A DNA stretch of 61,099 nucleotides, counting the filler. It is 4 parts of 4 records of this genome, joined end to end, with 100 filler letters (N's around TTAATTAATTAA, not from the genome) between each part and the next. Parts side by side here need not be neighbours in the genome. Positions count along the whole stretch, not along the records: positions 1 to 24,424 come from SRR20825019_2255; 3 more parts are not named here. One strand, given 5' to 3'. Shown piece after piece: positions 10,901 through 22,200 of this stretch. The notes beneath the pieces are model-generated. The model ran no database searches. It was not told the DNA's origin and saw nothing but the letters and a program-made list of their open reading frames with translations. Numbering within the stretch: the first letter of the stretch is position 1; every line of letters starts with the position of its first letter. Position numbers and translations under genes: made by a program.

Positions 10901-11995
10901 TTCGCTATCCTTGCCAACCTCTTCCGCGTGTTCCGGAGGTACCTGGCTGATCAGTCTCGTTGGGGAACCATGGTGGTCTTGCCCCTCCTCGAGAAGTTCC
11001 GCAATCCGATGTTTGACCAGTTCTTCAAGTTGGCCAGCGCCTGTGGTTCCGAGCCATTCTACACCGTAATGATCCCGACTCTGGTGTGGAATTTCCCGGA
11101 GACGTGGTACATGCGGTCTCTGGTGTTCTTGTTCGGCCTCAATGTGTATCTGGGCTCGTTCTTGAAGAACCTGATGTGCCTGAGGAGGCCCGAGACCATC
11201 TACGCCGGCAGCGCTGCGCAGGAGCACCTGGACTCGAGGGATTATGCGTGGCCATCGATCTACTGCATCAACGCGTGCTCACTTCCCTTCTTCGTCCTGA
11301 GATCTATGCACGGCAACTCATGGCTCTGGAACCAGGACCATCCCGCTGTTACCTTCTTCAACTACACCCTCGGGTTTGCGTGGGCTGGTAGCATTTGCCT
11401 GAGCAGGTTGTATCACGGTGTGGAGTCCCCGTCCGACGTGCAGGGAGGGATGCTCGTGGGAGCTATTGTCTTGCGTGTGTGGTTCACCGTTAGCGACTAC
11501 CTTGACCACTGGGTGCTGAGCGGCTGCGAGGGTTATATTTATGTGTCCTTCTTCTCAATCTTCCTGCTGCTTCTCCACCCCATGCCACGGCACATTACGT
11601 CCCAGGCGTCGGTGACATTCAAGCAGGCGTGCCGCAATGTATCATTCATGCAAGGGTTCTTCTTCGGCTCTTGCCTCCGTGAGAGGCACGGTTGGGAAAT
11701 CACATCCCCGGACTCCTTGTACCTCATGACTGTGCGCAATATCATCGGTTTCACCATCCTTGGATTGACGTACACCCTGGTCAGCCGTGGCTTCCGCCGT
11801 CTCATGGAAGTCGTGCTGAAGAAGCTCAGTACCACCAAGGAGGACACCGATTCCGTGGCGATGGCCAAGGAGCTCATCCGCACTCAGTACTACTCCCGGG
11901 CCGTGGTCCGCCATGCTGGGACGTTCGTGACATTCGCCTCAATCGGCCTCGCTGTATCCTATGTTGCCCCCATCGCGCTCAGCTTCCTGGCGTGA
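7970..11995 (+). CDS. Single-chain serine palmitoyltransferase LCB2-LCB1 fused to a C-terminal PAP2 / sphingoid-base-phosphate-phosphatase-like membrane domain
   Basis: One uninterrupted ORF of about 1340 aa. The LCB2 half has NLGSYNYLGF, YLDEAHSIGA and the PLP lysine motif GTFTKSFG. The LCB1 half has GSCGPRGFYGTVDVHL and lacks the lysine (ASLECA). The C-terminal domain has KNLMCLRRP, WPSIY and SRLYHGVESPSD plus multiple TM segments. Confidence 0.92.
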   Translation: MAKDRVDAPFSIQLRAYWGYAVLIFRGFLIDVFNLVKAVFFGLGNNLTKKPDERFVPLLDGWVCFFTRHLYGRIEDCWNRPIASSPENWFDVCERARNEDGELVLTGKTRHCLNLGSYNYLGFGGLDPYCSPRVQDSIRKYGVGVCLSPAEHGTPVEVANLERKVADFLNKEDAMIVGMGFATNSWTIPALAEPGCLIISDALNHFSIVEGVRGAGAKVKVFKHNDPADLESILKNSIKAGRGKAGDSYVPWKKILIIVEGIYSMEGEMCRMQEIIDVKKKYKAYLYLDEAHSIGAVGKGGRGVTEYFNVDRDEVDIMMGTFTKSFGSIGGYIAGKKEIVSALRANAANYVYSMAMSPACASQVIAAFELILGEDGTDRGRKKIAALVRNSKKFRHGLVERGFRVLGDPDSPVIPLMLYHPEWIAEFSRACFERKVAAVVVGYPATPLMYGRARFCVSAAHTDDEIELALKTIDEIAPHVKFDINNPNRIAEMEDQHTPYEVTSDVIPEVAEWEPEPLAVMPSTVHNSVSVASDDDSIAQFSRYDFLGLAKHPTVIDACVKTVDKYGCGSCGPRGFYGTVDVHLKLEEDISKFMGVEACILYSFGLNTVSSVIPAFAKTSDLIICDDGVNFAVESGVNLARCSVKYFRHNDMTDLRRVLREVESEDGLTSSNLRDPRRRRFLVIEGLYQKTGTLAPLKDILHLKKKYCLRLIMDESMSFGVLGATGRGATEHWGMPVEDVDIICASLECATASVGGFACGNKEVASHQRLSGSGYTFSASLPPFVSVGTSEALKIIDKEPSRIARLHENAGLMYEKLHLVPGIDVSGDPSSPLMHIRLSRSTGSQEADEARLLEICNLVKEEAGMEFHLSRYVVREKVTPAPSIRVCLSSRHNRTDIETAVDAIDAACHKVFLKDNTIPEEVTDPEPASLLRANSNVEIIKSFTVNNAPLGSAKMAKQVDQADADDVDDMPEVWVPIFAILANLFRVFRRYLADQSRWGTMVVLPLLEKFRNPMFDQFFKLASACGSEPFYTVMIPTLVWNFPETWYMRSLVFLFGLNVYLGSFLKNLMCLRRPETIYAGSAAQEHLDSRDYAWPSIYCINACSLPFFVLRSMHGNSWLWNQDHPAVTFFNYTLGFAWAGSICLSRLYHGVESPSDVQGGMLVGAIVLRVWFTVSDYLDHWVLSGCEGYIYVSFFSIFLLLLHPMPRHITSQASVTFKQACRNVSFMQGFFFGSCLRERHGWEITSPDSLYLMTVRNIIGFTILGLTYTLVSRGFRRLMEVVLKKLSTTKEDTDSVAMAKELIRTQYYSRAVVRHAGTFVTFASIGLAVSYVAPIALSFLA

Positions 11996-12082
11996 CCTGG
12001 TGGATACTCCATCTGCGAAGAAGTACCAAGAATAAATCACCACACTTCTAACTGGCACTAGTGTTGTTATTGGTCTGTCTCC

Positions 12083-13386
12083 TTATCCCAGCGACACATC
12101 CAGGGTCATCATCACCGCAAATCCGGCCACGCATCCCCATGTCGCGTAGGGGTTGCTGCCCCCCTTGCTCCTACGGTCCTCGTCTAAATCGCGTGGATCG
12201 GTCAGCCGGGTCGGTCACCCCACAAGAAAGAAGCCAACATCTGCGCCAACATACCCATGTGTGCGGTGCTGTTCGCCTCCAGCAACAGCTCGTTGCACAC
12301 GACGAATATCATCGCCCCCGCCGCGAATGACAGCGCATACGGCAGCGCCTTCTCTACCTGCGTGGTGAATATGGCACCAAGCACCCCACCCAGCGGCTCC
12401 ACGGCCCCGCTCAACTGCATGCCCGCATCAGCAACATCGTGATGTCACCGTGGAGAATGGGCCTTACCTGCCCATAAAAGAACGCGGTCCGTTTGGAACA
12501 GCCGATTGTGTGTAGCGGCAGCGACACCGCCATTCCCTCGGGGAAGTTTTGAATCCCGATGCCAATCTGAAAACATGAGTTGCCGTCACTACCACGCGCA
12601 CCCGGCCATGTGCATCAGTCCCACCGTCAGCATCACCGCAGCCATGAAGGTCGCCTCGGGGGTCTTCCCCACCGCCCCGAATGCGCAGCCTACTGCAAGT
12701 CTGAGACATCTGGGTCAGTCCTGGGCTCTCTCGAAGAATTTCTTTTCTATTTTTTTTTTTCCGACAAGGCCACTCACCCTTCAGGAGCATTGTGGATGGT
12801 GATGGCGGCCACCATTACAAGAACACGGTGAATACGGGTCCTGATATCGCTGCCCGTCTCATCCGGCGCGGCGTCAAGGGGAGCGTCCTCCACAGCCGTC
12901 TTACGCTTCCGAAGGTTGTAAGGTGAAGCTGGCGCGGCCTTCTCGGAGCGCGGCCTGGCGGCGGGCGCGGCCTCATTCTCGGCCATGATCGACAGTGTAT
13001 CAGGGAGGTAGCTATCAGCATAGGATACGAACACGCAGCCCAGAAGGAATCCCGCCAGGGGCGCGAGCCACGACACGTCTCCCAGTCCCTCTATGTGGTA
13101 CATCGGGTCCGCCTGGGCGGCGTCAATGGCTGGCGCAAGCAACGACCAGTATGACCTGTCCACGGGCCTGTCAGGCGGGGCAAAACTCCATAATACTCAC
13201 CACTCACGCTGCCAACATGACGCCCGCCGCGAATCCCAGCCCAGATGCGTGGAGGCGTCGCTGCCATTGTCCGGGCCGGCCCGACCGGGACGGACCAGGC
13301 ACGAGGAAGACTATTGCGGCGCCCAGCGCAGTAACGAACCATGTGAACAGCGTGCCGAGGAGCCCGTTCCAAATAGCGTCGGACAT
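12083..13386 (-). CDS. ZIP-family (ZIP11/GufA/ZupT-like) metal transporter, multi-exon
   Basis: Exons encode LGFAAGVMLAAS, AITIHNAPEG, FQNFPEG, GQLSGAVEP, LPYALSFAAGAMIFVV and terminal GFAVMMTLDVSLG*, joined by GT-AG introns. Confidence 0.9.
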
Positions 13387-14230
13387 GGCGCCTCCGTTGG
13401 GTGAGGTGTAGTTGCTGTGGCGGTGTGATACATATATCTGCTGGGACGGAGTGCTGGGAGGGCGGCCGCCCGTCCGTCGTTGTTGACTGCGGCCGGGGAG
13501 GTTCCCAGCCCTGCACGCTGCCACGTCCCCAGCCCCATCCCGGGCCTGGCGGGCGGCGGCGCCACCGGGCAGTCATCCCAGTCACCGCACGTGGGACGCT
13601 CCCACGACTTCCCGGCGTCCGGATCCGCGGGCTCACTGGCAGGCTGAAGCGCTCACCGCCGCCTCGCCGGACGACCTGCCGTACCGTACCCTGAACCCCG
13701 CACCGTCGTGGCCAGCGAGTCCCGGACTCGGCGGCCCGGCGCGCGGGGCGGCCCGCTGATGAGTCGGGCGTGGAACGGCACACCGGCCGAATCACCGTGT
13801 CCTGGCTTGCCGGATCGGATACAATGGTCCCGACCAAAACGTTTTAATTTTGGCGGGAAAACTCCTTCTTGGGATCCCGTATGAGTCATCAGCACAGGCA
13901 CGCCCTGCCCCCGCCGCGCGACGGCGCCGCCCGGCAACGACGGGGGGGTCCACCGCCCACTGTATGGGAGGCATCAGTACTCAGAGCAAAAGCCGCGGCG
14001 CCAGCGGCCGGCCTCGCGTCCGCGGGCCTGGCTCATCGGCACTAGCTGCCCTCAACTCGGTCCGGTCGCCAATCATGTCGCGATGGTAGTGTCAGCTGCA
14101 GGACGGTCTGTGCCCGCCCACGACAGCCGGCCCACCTTCCTCCTGCTTGTTACGGGCTGCTGCCCTGTGCAACCTACTGCTGCCGTAAATATCTGTTGGG
14201 AGCATCAGTCTCGCCCCAATACCGCAAGCC

Positions 14231-16025
14231 ATGGGCGGCAAGAGAGCGGCGGGGTCCTTGGATGCCGGCACCACGAAAAAGACGAAGAAGACTGCGGCCG
14301 GGAGCCGTGACCTTCTCGTTCGCGAGTCGCGCAAGCCCGCTGGCCCTCTCGACGCGGTGGTGCGGCTGAAGGCTGCGCTGAGGGCCCGCGATGGTGGTGA
14401 TCCGTGTGACGGGGGCACGATGGGCCTGGCCAATCTTGTGGATAACGAGGGCGAGACGAAGCGCATTAAGAAGGATATGAAAGACGATGAGGAGTTGAAC
14501 GAGGAGGAGCAGGATATTGTCAAGAAACGGATGCTGATGATGCAGCAGCGCATGCAGGAGTTTGAGCGCCGCGAGAAGCAACGCAAGTACGGTGAAGTTC
14601 GTGCCGTGGCGGGACCCATGGTGACTAATGAGGAGATCGACGAAGCCCTGGAGGCCGCTAATGGGAACGAGGGCGAGGCGGCCATGAAGCTTTGCGACCG
14701 CCGGTTTCTGATGCAGGTGCGGAGGGAGCTGGCGCGGGAGTGCACGTACGAACAACGGCAGCAGGAGCGACAAAAGAGCGGGCAGCTGGGTGCCGGGCAG
14801 AAGATGAAGACCAGGCGTATCAATAGCGTCAAGGCCATCTCCGCCTCGTTCCACAAAGACGGCAGGCAGTATGAGCGGAACCGTCTAGATCTGGATGAAG
14901 CCATTGCAAGTGGGCCCAATGATGAGTGGTCGCCCGCCCGAATCCGCGCATGGAACCTTATGGACGAGAACCCGAATGCATATTACTATCGATTCAATGC
15001 GTGAGTGCCAGAGCCTATAGGATTGCCCGGGGTGGGGTGGGGTGGGGTGGGGTAACTTAATGGGCTGGTGGTGTTCGTGGTGGGTGAAGGGGCGTCGATG
15101 GCGAGAAAGTGGAGGAGACATGTCCTGACGTGAGTGCACAGCCCCGGTGAGAAACAAAAGCGCGGCGGAACCAACTGGAGCGAGGAGGACCACAAGCTCT
15201 TCATGGAGATATATCACCGGCAAGGTGGCCCGAGGCCCAATATGAAGTGGGGTCTATTCAGCATGTATATTCCGGGCCGTGTGGGGTACCAGTGCTCCGC
15301 GTACTACCGGAAGCTGATCGAGAAAGGCGTGATTACGGACGACCCGTATTACTTCTTTGATGAGAATGGAAAGCTCAAGTTCAGCCGGCAGGGTAAGCGA
15401 TTGATGTTGGCCATGGTGCCATTGGGGCATGGTGGGGCAGAGGTCTTGGTAGGTGGTCTGACGCGGGGGTGCAGGGAACCCGAACGGCTCGAGCGGAGTG
15501 CCTGCCGCCAAGCCGATAAAGCCCGTGGCAGCCGCTAAGCCACCCAAGGCTCCTAGGGCGCCCAAGGCAGCCAAGCCCGCCAGCGGCAAGAAGGGGAAGA
15601 GGAAGCGGGCACGCGGGGGGGATGACAACATCTACGCCAATGACTTATCCGACGAAGACGACGACAACTTTGACGAGAGTAAGTGGTCTTTACTCGGCAG
15701 CCGCCCTCCCTAGCTCATATGCTGTTGCGCAGCCGCGTACAATTACAAGAAGAAATATGTTAGCAGCTTCCGCAGTGGGCGGCGGAACCGTGGGGAGGAG
15801 GTGGAGGAGAATCCACTCCCCGGCTTCCTATGCCCAATCACGTACGAGGAAGTGGAGGCCCCCGCCATCTCTCCTTACGGGTACGTCGCGGGGTACCAGC
15901 AGTGGGCGAACTGCCTGAACAACGGACGCTGCCCGTTCACGAAAAAACCGCTCAAGCTTGAGGATGTCGTCTTGCTGACAAAAGACAACATCGACGCATA
16001 TCGCGAAAAGATAGTGAATGGCTGA
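14231..16025 (+). CDS. Protein with a UBA-like segment, a Myb/SANT-like domain and a C-terminal U-box/RING-like domain, multi-exon
   Basis: AYYYRFNA-PGEKQ..WSEEDHKLF..WGLFSMYIPGRVGYQCSAYYRKL is Myb-like. FLCPITYEEVEAPAISPYGYV..CPFTKKPL is U-box-like. EEIDEALEAANGNEGEAAMKL is UBA-like. Confidence 0.75.
15029..15053 (+). repeat. (GGGGT)5 microsatellite in an intron, G-quadruplex competent
   Basis: Direct reading: five GGGGT units inside the first intron of the Myb/U-box gene. Confidence 0.85.
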
Positions 16026-16030
16026 CCGGA

Positions 16031-18396
16031 TTAAACCCTGGCGGCAAACTTCCCCGCGCGGTACTCTTCGTAAATGCGCAGCAGGGATGTGGGCGTACGC
16101 GGCTGCACCGAGCTCAAGGCCGTGGTGAAGTCTTCGTCCTCCACAGCACTTGCCGCCTCGTTGCGAGACACCGCCGCGAACGCTGCTTCCTGGCACATGA
16201 ATACAAGCTCGGCACCGCTGTAGCCTTCCGTGCGGGCAGCGATCCCGTCGAGGTCCACGCCGGAATGGAGCGGCATGCCTCGGGTGCTGATGCCGAGGAT
16301 CTCGCGTCGAGCCTCCAGGTCCGGAAGGCCCACATACACCAGTCGGTCAATGCGGCCGGGCCGCAGCAGCGCCTTGTCCATCATGTCGGGGCGGTTAGTC
16401 GCCGCCACCACCACCACGTTCTGGATCTTCTCCACACCGTCCATCTCGTTTAGCAGCTGGCTCAGGACTCGGTCAGCCACGCCCCCGGCATCGCTGCTGC
16501 CTCGTTCCGCTGAGAGGGAATCGACCTCGTCAAAGAACACGATGGACGGAGCGGCGGCCCGGGCCTTCCTGAACACCTCCCGCACCGCGCGCTCGGACTC
16601 GCCCACCCACTTGCTGAAGAGCTCGGGGCCCTTGATTGCGATGAAGTTGAGGCCGCACTCGGTTGCCAGCGCCTTGGCGAGGAGCGTCTTGCTGCATCCC
16701 GGCGGGCCGTACAGCAATATTCCGCGTGGAGGACGGATGCCCAGGCGCTCGAACGCATCGGGGTGCTTGAGCGGCCACTCGATCGCTTCCTTGAGCGATG
16801 CGATGGTCTCTTGCTGTCCGCCTATGTCCGTCCACTTCACCTTGGGTACGTCGATCAGGACCTCCCGCACCGCACTGGGCTTGATCGTCTGTAATGCCTT
16901 CGCCATATCGCCCCGACCGACGCGCACATCCGCAATACTGCTCGGAGCCGAGTCCACTTTGCTGGCGTCCGGCCCCGGGCTGAGCCAACATCGCTTAAGC
17001 GCACAGAGGAACGCCTCCTTGCACAACGCACTGAGGTCGGCTCCGACGTATCCGTGTGTCACGGACGCGAAGTGTTCGACGTCGGAGTCGCTCAGGCCGT
17101 GGGGGAGGCCCTTCGTCAGGACCCGCAGAATGTCTCGGCGGGCGACTTCATTGGGTGACTCCATCTCGATCTCCACGTCGAATCGACCCGGCCGCCGCAA
17201 AGATCCATCCACTCCGTTCGGCCTGTTGGTGGCGGCCAGCACCACCACGCGGTGCATGACGGCCGCGTCATCAAACAGTGAGCAGAGAGTTGTGACCAGA
17301 CGGGAATCGACGGCGGACTGCCTGCCCGCGCCTCCTTCCGACTGCCCCGCAGGGCACAGGCCGTCCAGTTCATCAATGAATACAATGGACGGCGCCGCCT
17401 CCTGCGCCTTCAAGAATACGTTCTTGAGCGCCGCCTCAGACTCACCGTAGTACTTGCCGACCACCTCTGGCCCATTGACTACAAACAATTTGGCGTCGAG
17501 CTCCCTCCCCACCGTCCGCGCCAGGAGCGTCTTACCGGTGCCCGGCGGGCCGAACAGCAGCACTCCCCTTGGTGGTGTGATGCCGTAGTCCGCAAAGATG
17601 CCCGGGTTCTCAAGGGGCGGCTGGACCACCTCCAGCAGCCTCGTCCTCTGCTTCTCGAGGCCACCGACCGACTCGAACACGCCGGCACTCCCGGCATCGC
17701 CCCCGGCCTTGTCCGTGTTGCCCGGGGCCATGTTGGCGGTGGCGGGCTCTCCTGGCTCGACGATACGAATGGCCGTGTTGGGGCCGACTGCCACCCCGGA
17801 ATCCGCAGCAGGTGCGGGGGTGAAGGCCACGATGTCAAACAGATGCATGGCTCCAATGAAATATACACTGAAACGCTGTCCGGGAAAGAGCGTGCGGCCC
17901 ACTAGCGCACAGCGCAGGCAGCTCATTGCGACGGGCCCCTGCAGATGGGAATCAGCACGAGGACCGGGAAGTCAGTGTGTCTTTGGGTGCGGCGGAGGTT
18001 GGGCGGTCAGAGATGTGTGCGTGTGTGCAACTCGATATGCAGGCATGCTGTACGTACCTTATCCAACAGTTCACCCACCGGGGAGATATCCACGGCAATG
18101 CCGTCCACCACGCACGTAGGCCCCCCCGCGAGCAACCGCACCTCCTCGCCCAGTTTCACACCGAGGTTCCGCCGCGCAAGGGTGCCCACATATACCTGCC
18201 CGGGCTTCACGCGCGGACTGGGCTCCACTCTCACCGCCATTCGACCAGGTCCTACACACGAAGACATTTGCCAAAGGCCCGGGGAGGGGTTGCGAAACCG
18301 CGGGGTGTCGGAACAAACGAAGACGTCGTAATCTGTTGCGGCGAGGTCCGGCGGGACTGCCGTCGCCACCAGGCGCAGCCCCTCGGTGTCGTCCAT
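16031..18396 (-). CDS. AFG2: Double-ring AAA+ ATPase AFG2/SPATA5/Drg1-like (CDC48 family), 2 exons
   Basis: Walker A motifs GPPGTGKT and GPPGCSKT (the latter typical of AFG2 D2), IKGPELFSKWVGESE, and SRH motifs RPGRFD and RPGRID. Intron at about 17939-18057. Confidence 0.85.
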
Positions 18397-19251
18397 GTTG
18401 GTGATGGTGTTTTGTGATTTTGTTGCTACGTTCGCCTTTATACTCAGGGTATGACCCGGCCACCCCACCGCACGCCGCGGCCTGCAGTTGGCTCCGGCGG
18501 CGACCATTGCCGGCCTGCATGAGGCGGGCCCCCGCCCTGGGCCCGCCAGCGTAACGGGTCCGACACCCCTTGACGAGGGCGGGCGGCCGCCGGGGGCGCC
18601 GGCCGGGACCCGTCACGGCTCCGCGGCCAGCCGCCCCGAGGCCCACCCGCCCCCGCGCCGGCGGCCGTGGCCGCGCCCCCGGCCCGGCGCCGCGGACGAC
18701 CGGACGCGCCGGCGTGCGGTGACTCCGCCGACGGCGTCACTGACCGGACTGCCCGGCTCCGCTCCTCGCCGGCGCGCCACGAGTCGAGGGCCGGCCGGAG
18801 TGCTGCGGCATTCATTCGCCAATGATTTCTTTGACTGCCTTGCCCGGCCACCACCGGATTAGTTGAGTCATTCGCATCGCCCGCCGGCGTCGGTCGTCGA
18901 CTCGGCTCGATCCCCGGTCCCGTCCGCGGTTGAACGCGAATCCAAGCCGAGCCTGCCTCCGCCGGGTGGCGAGCCGGGCGGGCCGGCGGGCGCAATGGCC
19001 CGGCCGCCCGCCCGCCGCAGTCCGGTCCAGTCCGGCACGGCTCCAGCCCGGGCCGAGCCCGGCGCGCCGGCCCGGCTTGGGATGCCCCGCCGGGGGCCCC
19101 GGCTCGCCCTCCCCTTTCACAACACAGCCTGGTCACGGAGATCACTCGACCCCCCCTGTACCTCAATATAATTAAACTCACTTTCAACCAACATGGCACC
19201 AGCATAAAGGCGCGGCCACTAAGCGGTTCACCGCACTAACGGGTCACACTC

Positions 19252-22200
19252 ATGGCTCCAAAGAAGGCGCCGGCGGCCCGTGTAGTGTCGACCCCGGCTC
19301 GGACGCAGAGGGACCCCCGCCTTCCGCGCCCTGGCCAGCTGAAGAGACAGACCACCACCAGCCAGATGCGGTCGTTCGTCACCCTCTATGTACATACCCC
19401 GGACTTCTCCTCCGAGGAGCTTCTCGGTAGGTTATGCGTTGAGTTGCCATGCGTTGCCGTGCCCTGACCGCCTTGTAGTCAACCCGGAGTTCTGCCCTGA
19501 CTTCCACCCCGGCGCAATATTGGAACTGGAGCAGGCGGGCGATACGGAGAGTGAGAAGAGCCGAAAGGTGATCCTACAGGTTCCGGAGAAGGCCCCGGAC
19601 AGCTCCAAATTCAAGGGCCAGCTCCAGATCAGCATGCTCAAGTCTGTGGCAGACATGTTCAAGTTTGTCAGTCGCAGGGACACCCTCGTCCGCCTGGCGT
19701 CGTCGTCGGCGAGCGCACTGGACTACGTGGTGGTGTCGTTCAAGGACCAGTATATCTCGCGCTCGGAGATGTGGAGGATGAAGCTGCGCCTGTGCAACAA
19801 GTGTGTGTACATTACCAAGACCGTGGTCCTGTCCGGGGTTCGAGCTACGGTGAAGGAGCTGATGACCAACGGCGTTCAGGTGTCCTGCGGCCTGGTGACT
19901 GACTCCACCAAGGTCGTGTTCCGGTCCCGCTCGTGCAAGAGCTTCATATTGCTACAGATGAGCCGTGAGATGTGGACGTTCGACTCTGACGGCGACCTGT
20001 ACTTTGAGAAGGCGGTTTACGGAATGTTGCGGAAGACGCTGGAGAAATGGAGGGAGACGGGGGCCAACCACAACATCACGGTGATATTCTTTGCGCGGTT
20101 CTTTTACGACAAGGGCGTCAAGGACCCCGCCACGACACCGGACGAGCCGAGCGCGCAGATGAACCACGAAGGTATGTGTTGGGCTGTGCTAGGGCGTGGC
20201 AGTGCCGCTGACGCGTCTTTTTCCGTTGCGTAGGGAGGCTGTACCGAGATTACTTCAAGGTTATTGCGGACAGCGTGGAATGCAGTGAGGCCGACAACCT
20301 GCTGCTTCGGCTGAAAAAGGAGTTTGTGGGCTTTCCGCGGCTGTTCGGCTGGGACCCCAAACACACCAAGGAGCAGCAGGGTGCGCCCACTAACTCCGTG
20401 GCTTCCAAGGGAGGCCTCCTGGAGGCGATCAATCTCTGTTTGAACGTGCACGAGAAGCACTATCTTGACCGCAACTTGGAATTGACTGGCCAGACCATCA
20501 TGCTGATCACCCCTGGATGCGGTGTATTCGAGGTGGACAAGGAGCTGGCCCGGCTCACCAAGCGCCGCATGGTGGATACGGGTGTGTGCTGCGATCTCAT
20601 CTGCCTCGGCCCCCAGCCCCTGTAAGTATATCGTCGTGTGACTGTGCGGAGATGCTGACCTCGGTGCCATTCCCTTCTTTCCGTTCTTATCATTTTGTTC
20701 TATTTTAATGCCTTTGTTTCGGTTGAAACCCGTCCCGCGCGGAATCTGACCTCACAGGCACCTCGTTCCTCTGTTTATATACGGATCGGAGAAGAGCGGC
20801 GAGCGCAACGAGTGCTGGGAAAGCGGAATATCTCCCAAGTACGAGTTCAAGGTGCCGCGGTTTGGCCAGATCATGTTTTACGAGAGCAATCCCACGAACA
20901 ACCCCTCCGGCGGCGCCTCCTTCTCTCCTTCATGCCACATGCCTTCCGCTCTGGACCTCCAGCACCGGGCCGGAGGACCAATGCCCATCACGCCTATGGT
21001 GCGGCCGGGATATGATATGCCACGGACGCTGTCGGAGGAGGAGATGGCGCGGCTGGGGGAGCTGCAGGACCGCCGTTACGCGCACGATGCCGCGGTGTTC
21101 ACCACAAGCCACAGCCTGATGAACATCAACACTCGCCTGCGCATGGTGGACTCCAGCGGGTCCATCCAGTCTCTTAGCAGCCTGACCAACCTGCCCATGC
21201 CGCCATCCCAGGACCTCAAGCGGGTGCACTCGGAGCAGCGCTCCCTCCGCGAGACCGAGTCAGCCTCGAGTGAACCACAAGATCTGGCTGGAGGCAACAC
21301 CCAGTCCATGGCCGGCCGCAAGAACCCACTGCCTCCAAGGCCTAGCTCTGTGGCGTATGGTAATCTTAAGGTGATGGGAGATCGCCCGCTGCACCGGATC
21401 AGCACGGGAAATGATCTCGGTAGGCTGCACGAGAACGAGGTGGCCGTTGAAACGCAGCTTCCGTCGAGCTTGGGCAACATCAAATCCTACCTGCCGCCTT
21501 CACCCAGCGCCCCCGCGCCCAATGCGACGACGCCGACGGGGATGGACTCGACCGGCTCGATTTTGGACAGTGCGCCTAACCGTGCCACCCCGTCCCGATC
21601 GCAGCATGGAACCATACGAAGGAACCAATCCTTTGGCAACGAGTCGTCGGCGTCTACGGGCGAGGATATGGAGTCATCACCGGCGTCCAGCTCGGGGGGC
21701 CTTGCCAACATCATGGGCAAACGGATGGCCAAGGGCGGCGTGATGCCCAGGAGCGGGAGCAACACCGCGCTCAACTCCCTGACCACATCCCCCGGTGGCC
21801 ACCACAACAGGGCCGTGAATCCGTACCGGCACACGCGGGTGTCCCTGAAGCAGAGCTACCAAACGACCAAGCGCAGGTGGACACACGTATCGCAGCCCCA
21901 AGCGGGCGGCGCGCACGGGCAGGCGGGGGCCAACACGGACGCCACGAACCCGTACGCACTGGACTGGCTGTCACTGTGCGAACCCGCGATCCTTCCGCTG
22001 ACTACGGACTACTTTCCCGTGGCCACCGAGCTCAAGTTGTCGTATAACGAGTATCCGAACACGCTCTGCTTGGTCCCCGAGGAGAATGTGTACAACAGCG
22101 ACACATCTCTTCTTCTGAAGGAGCTGATATGCCAGCGGCTCGCGCAGGACTTCCAGCTTGTCGTGAGTGCGGCGGAGGCCACGAATGCCCACTCGGAGGC

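Noticed and set aside
7970-11995. Viral or retro origin of the SPT fusion inferred from its lack of introns
   Set aside because: SND1 and the phosphagen kinase are also intronless, the codon style looks similar by eye, and no viral genes are adjacent.
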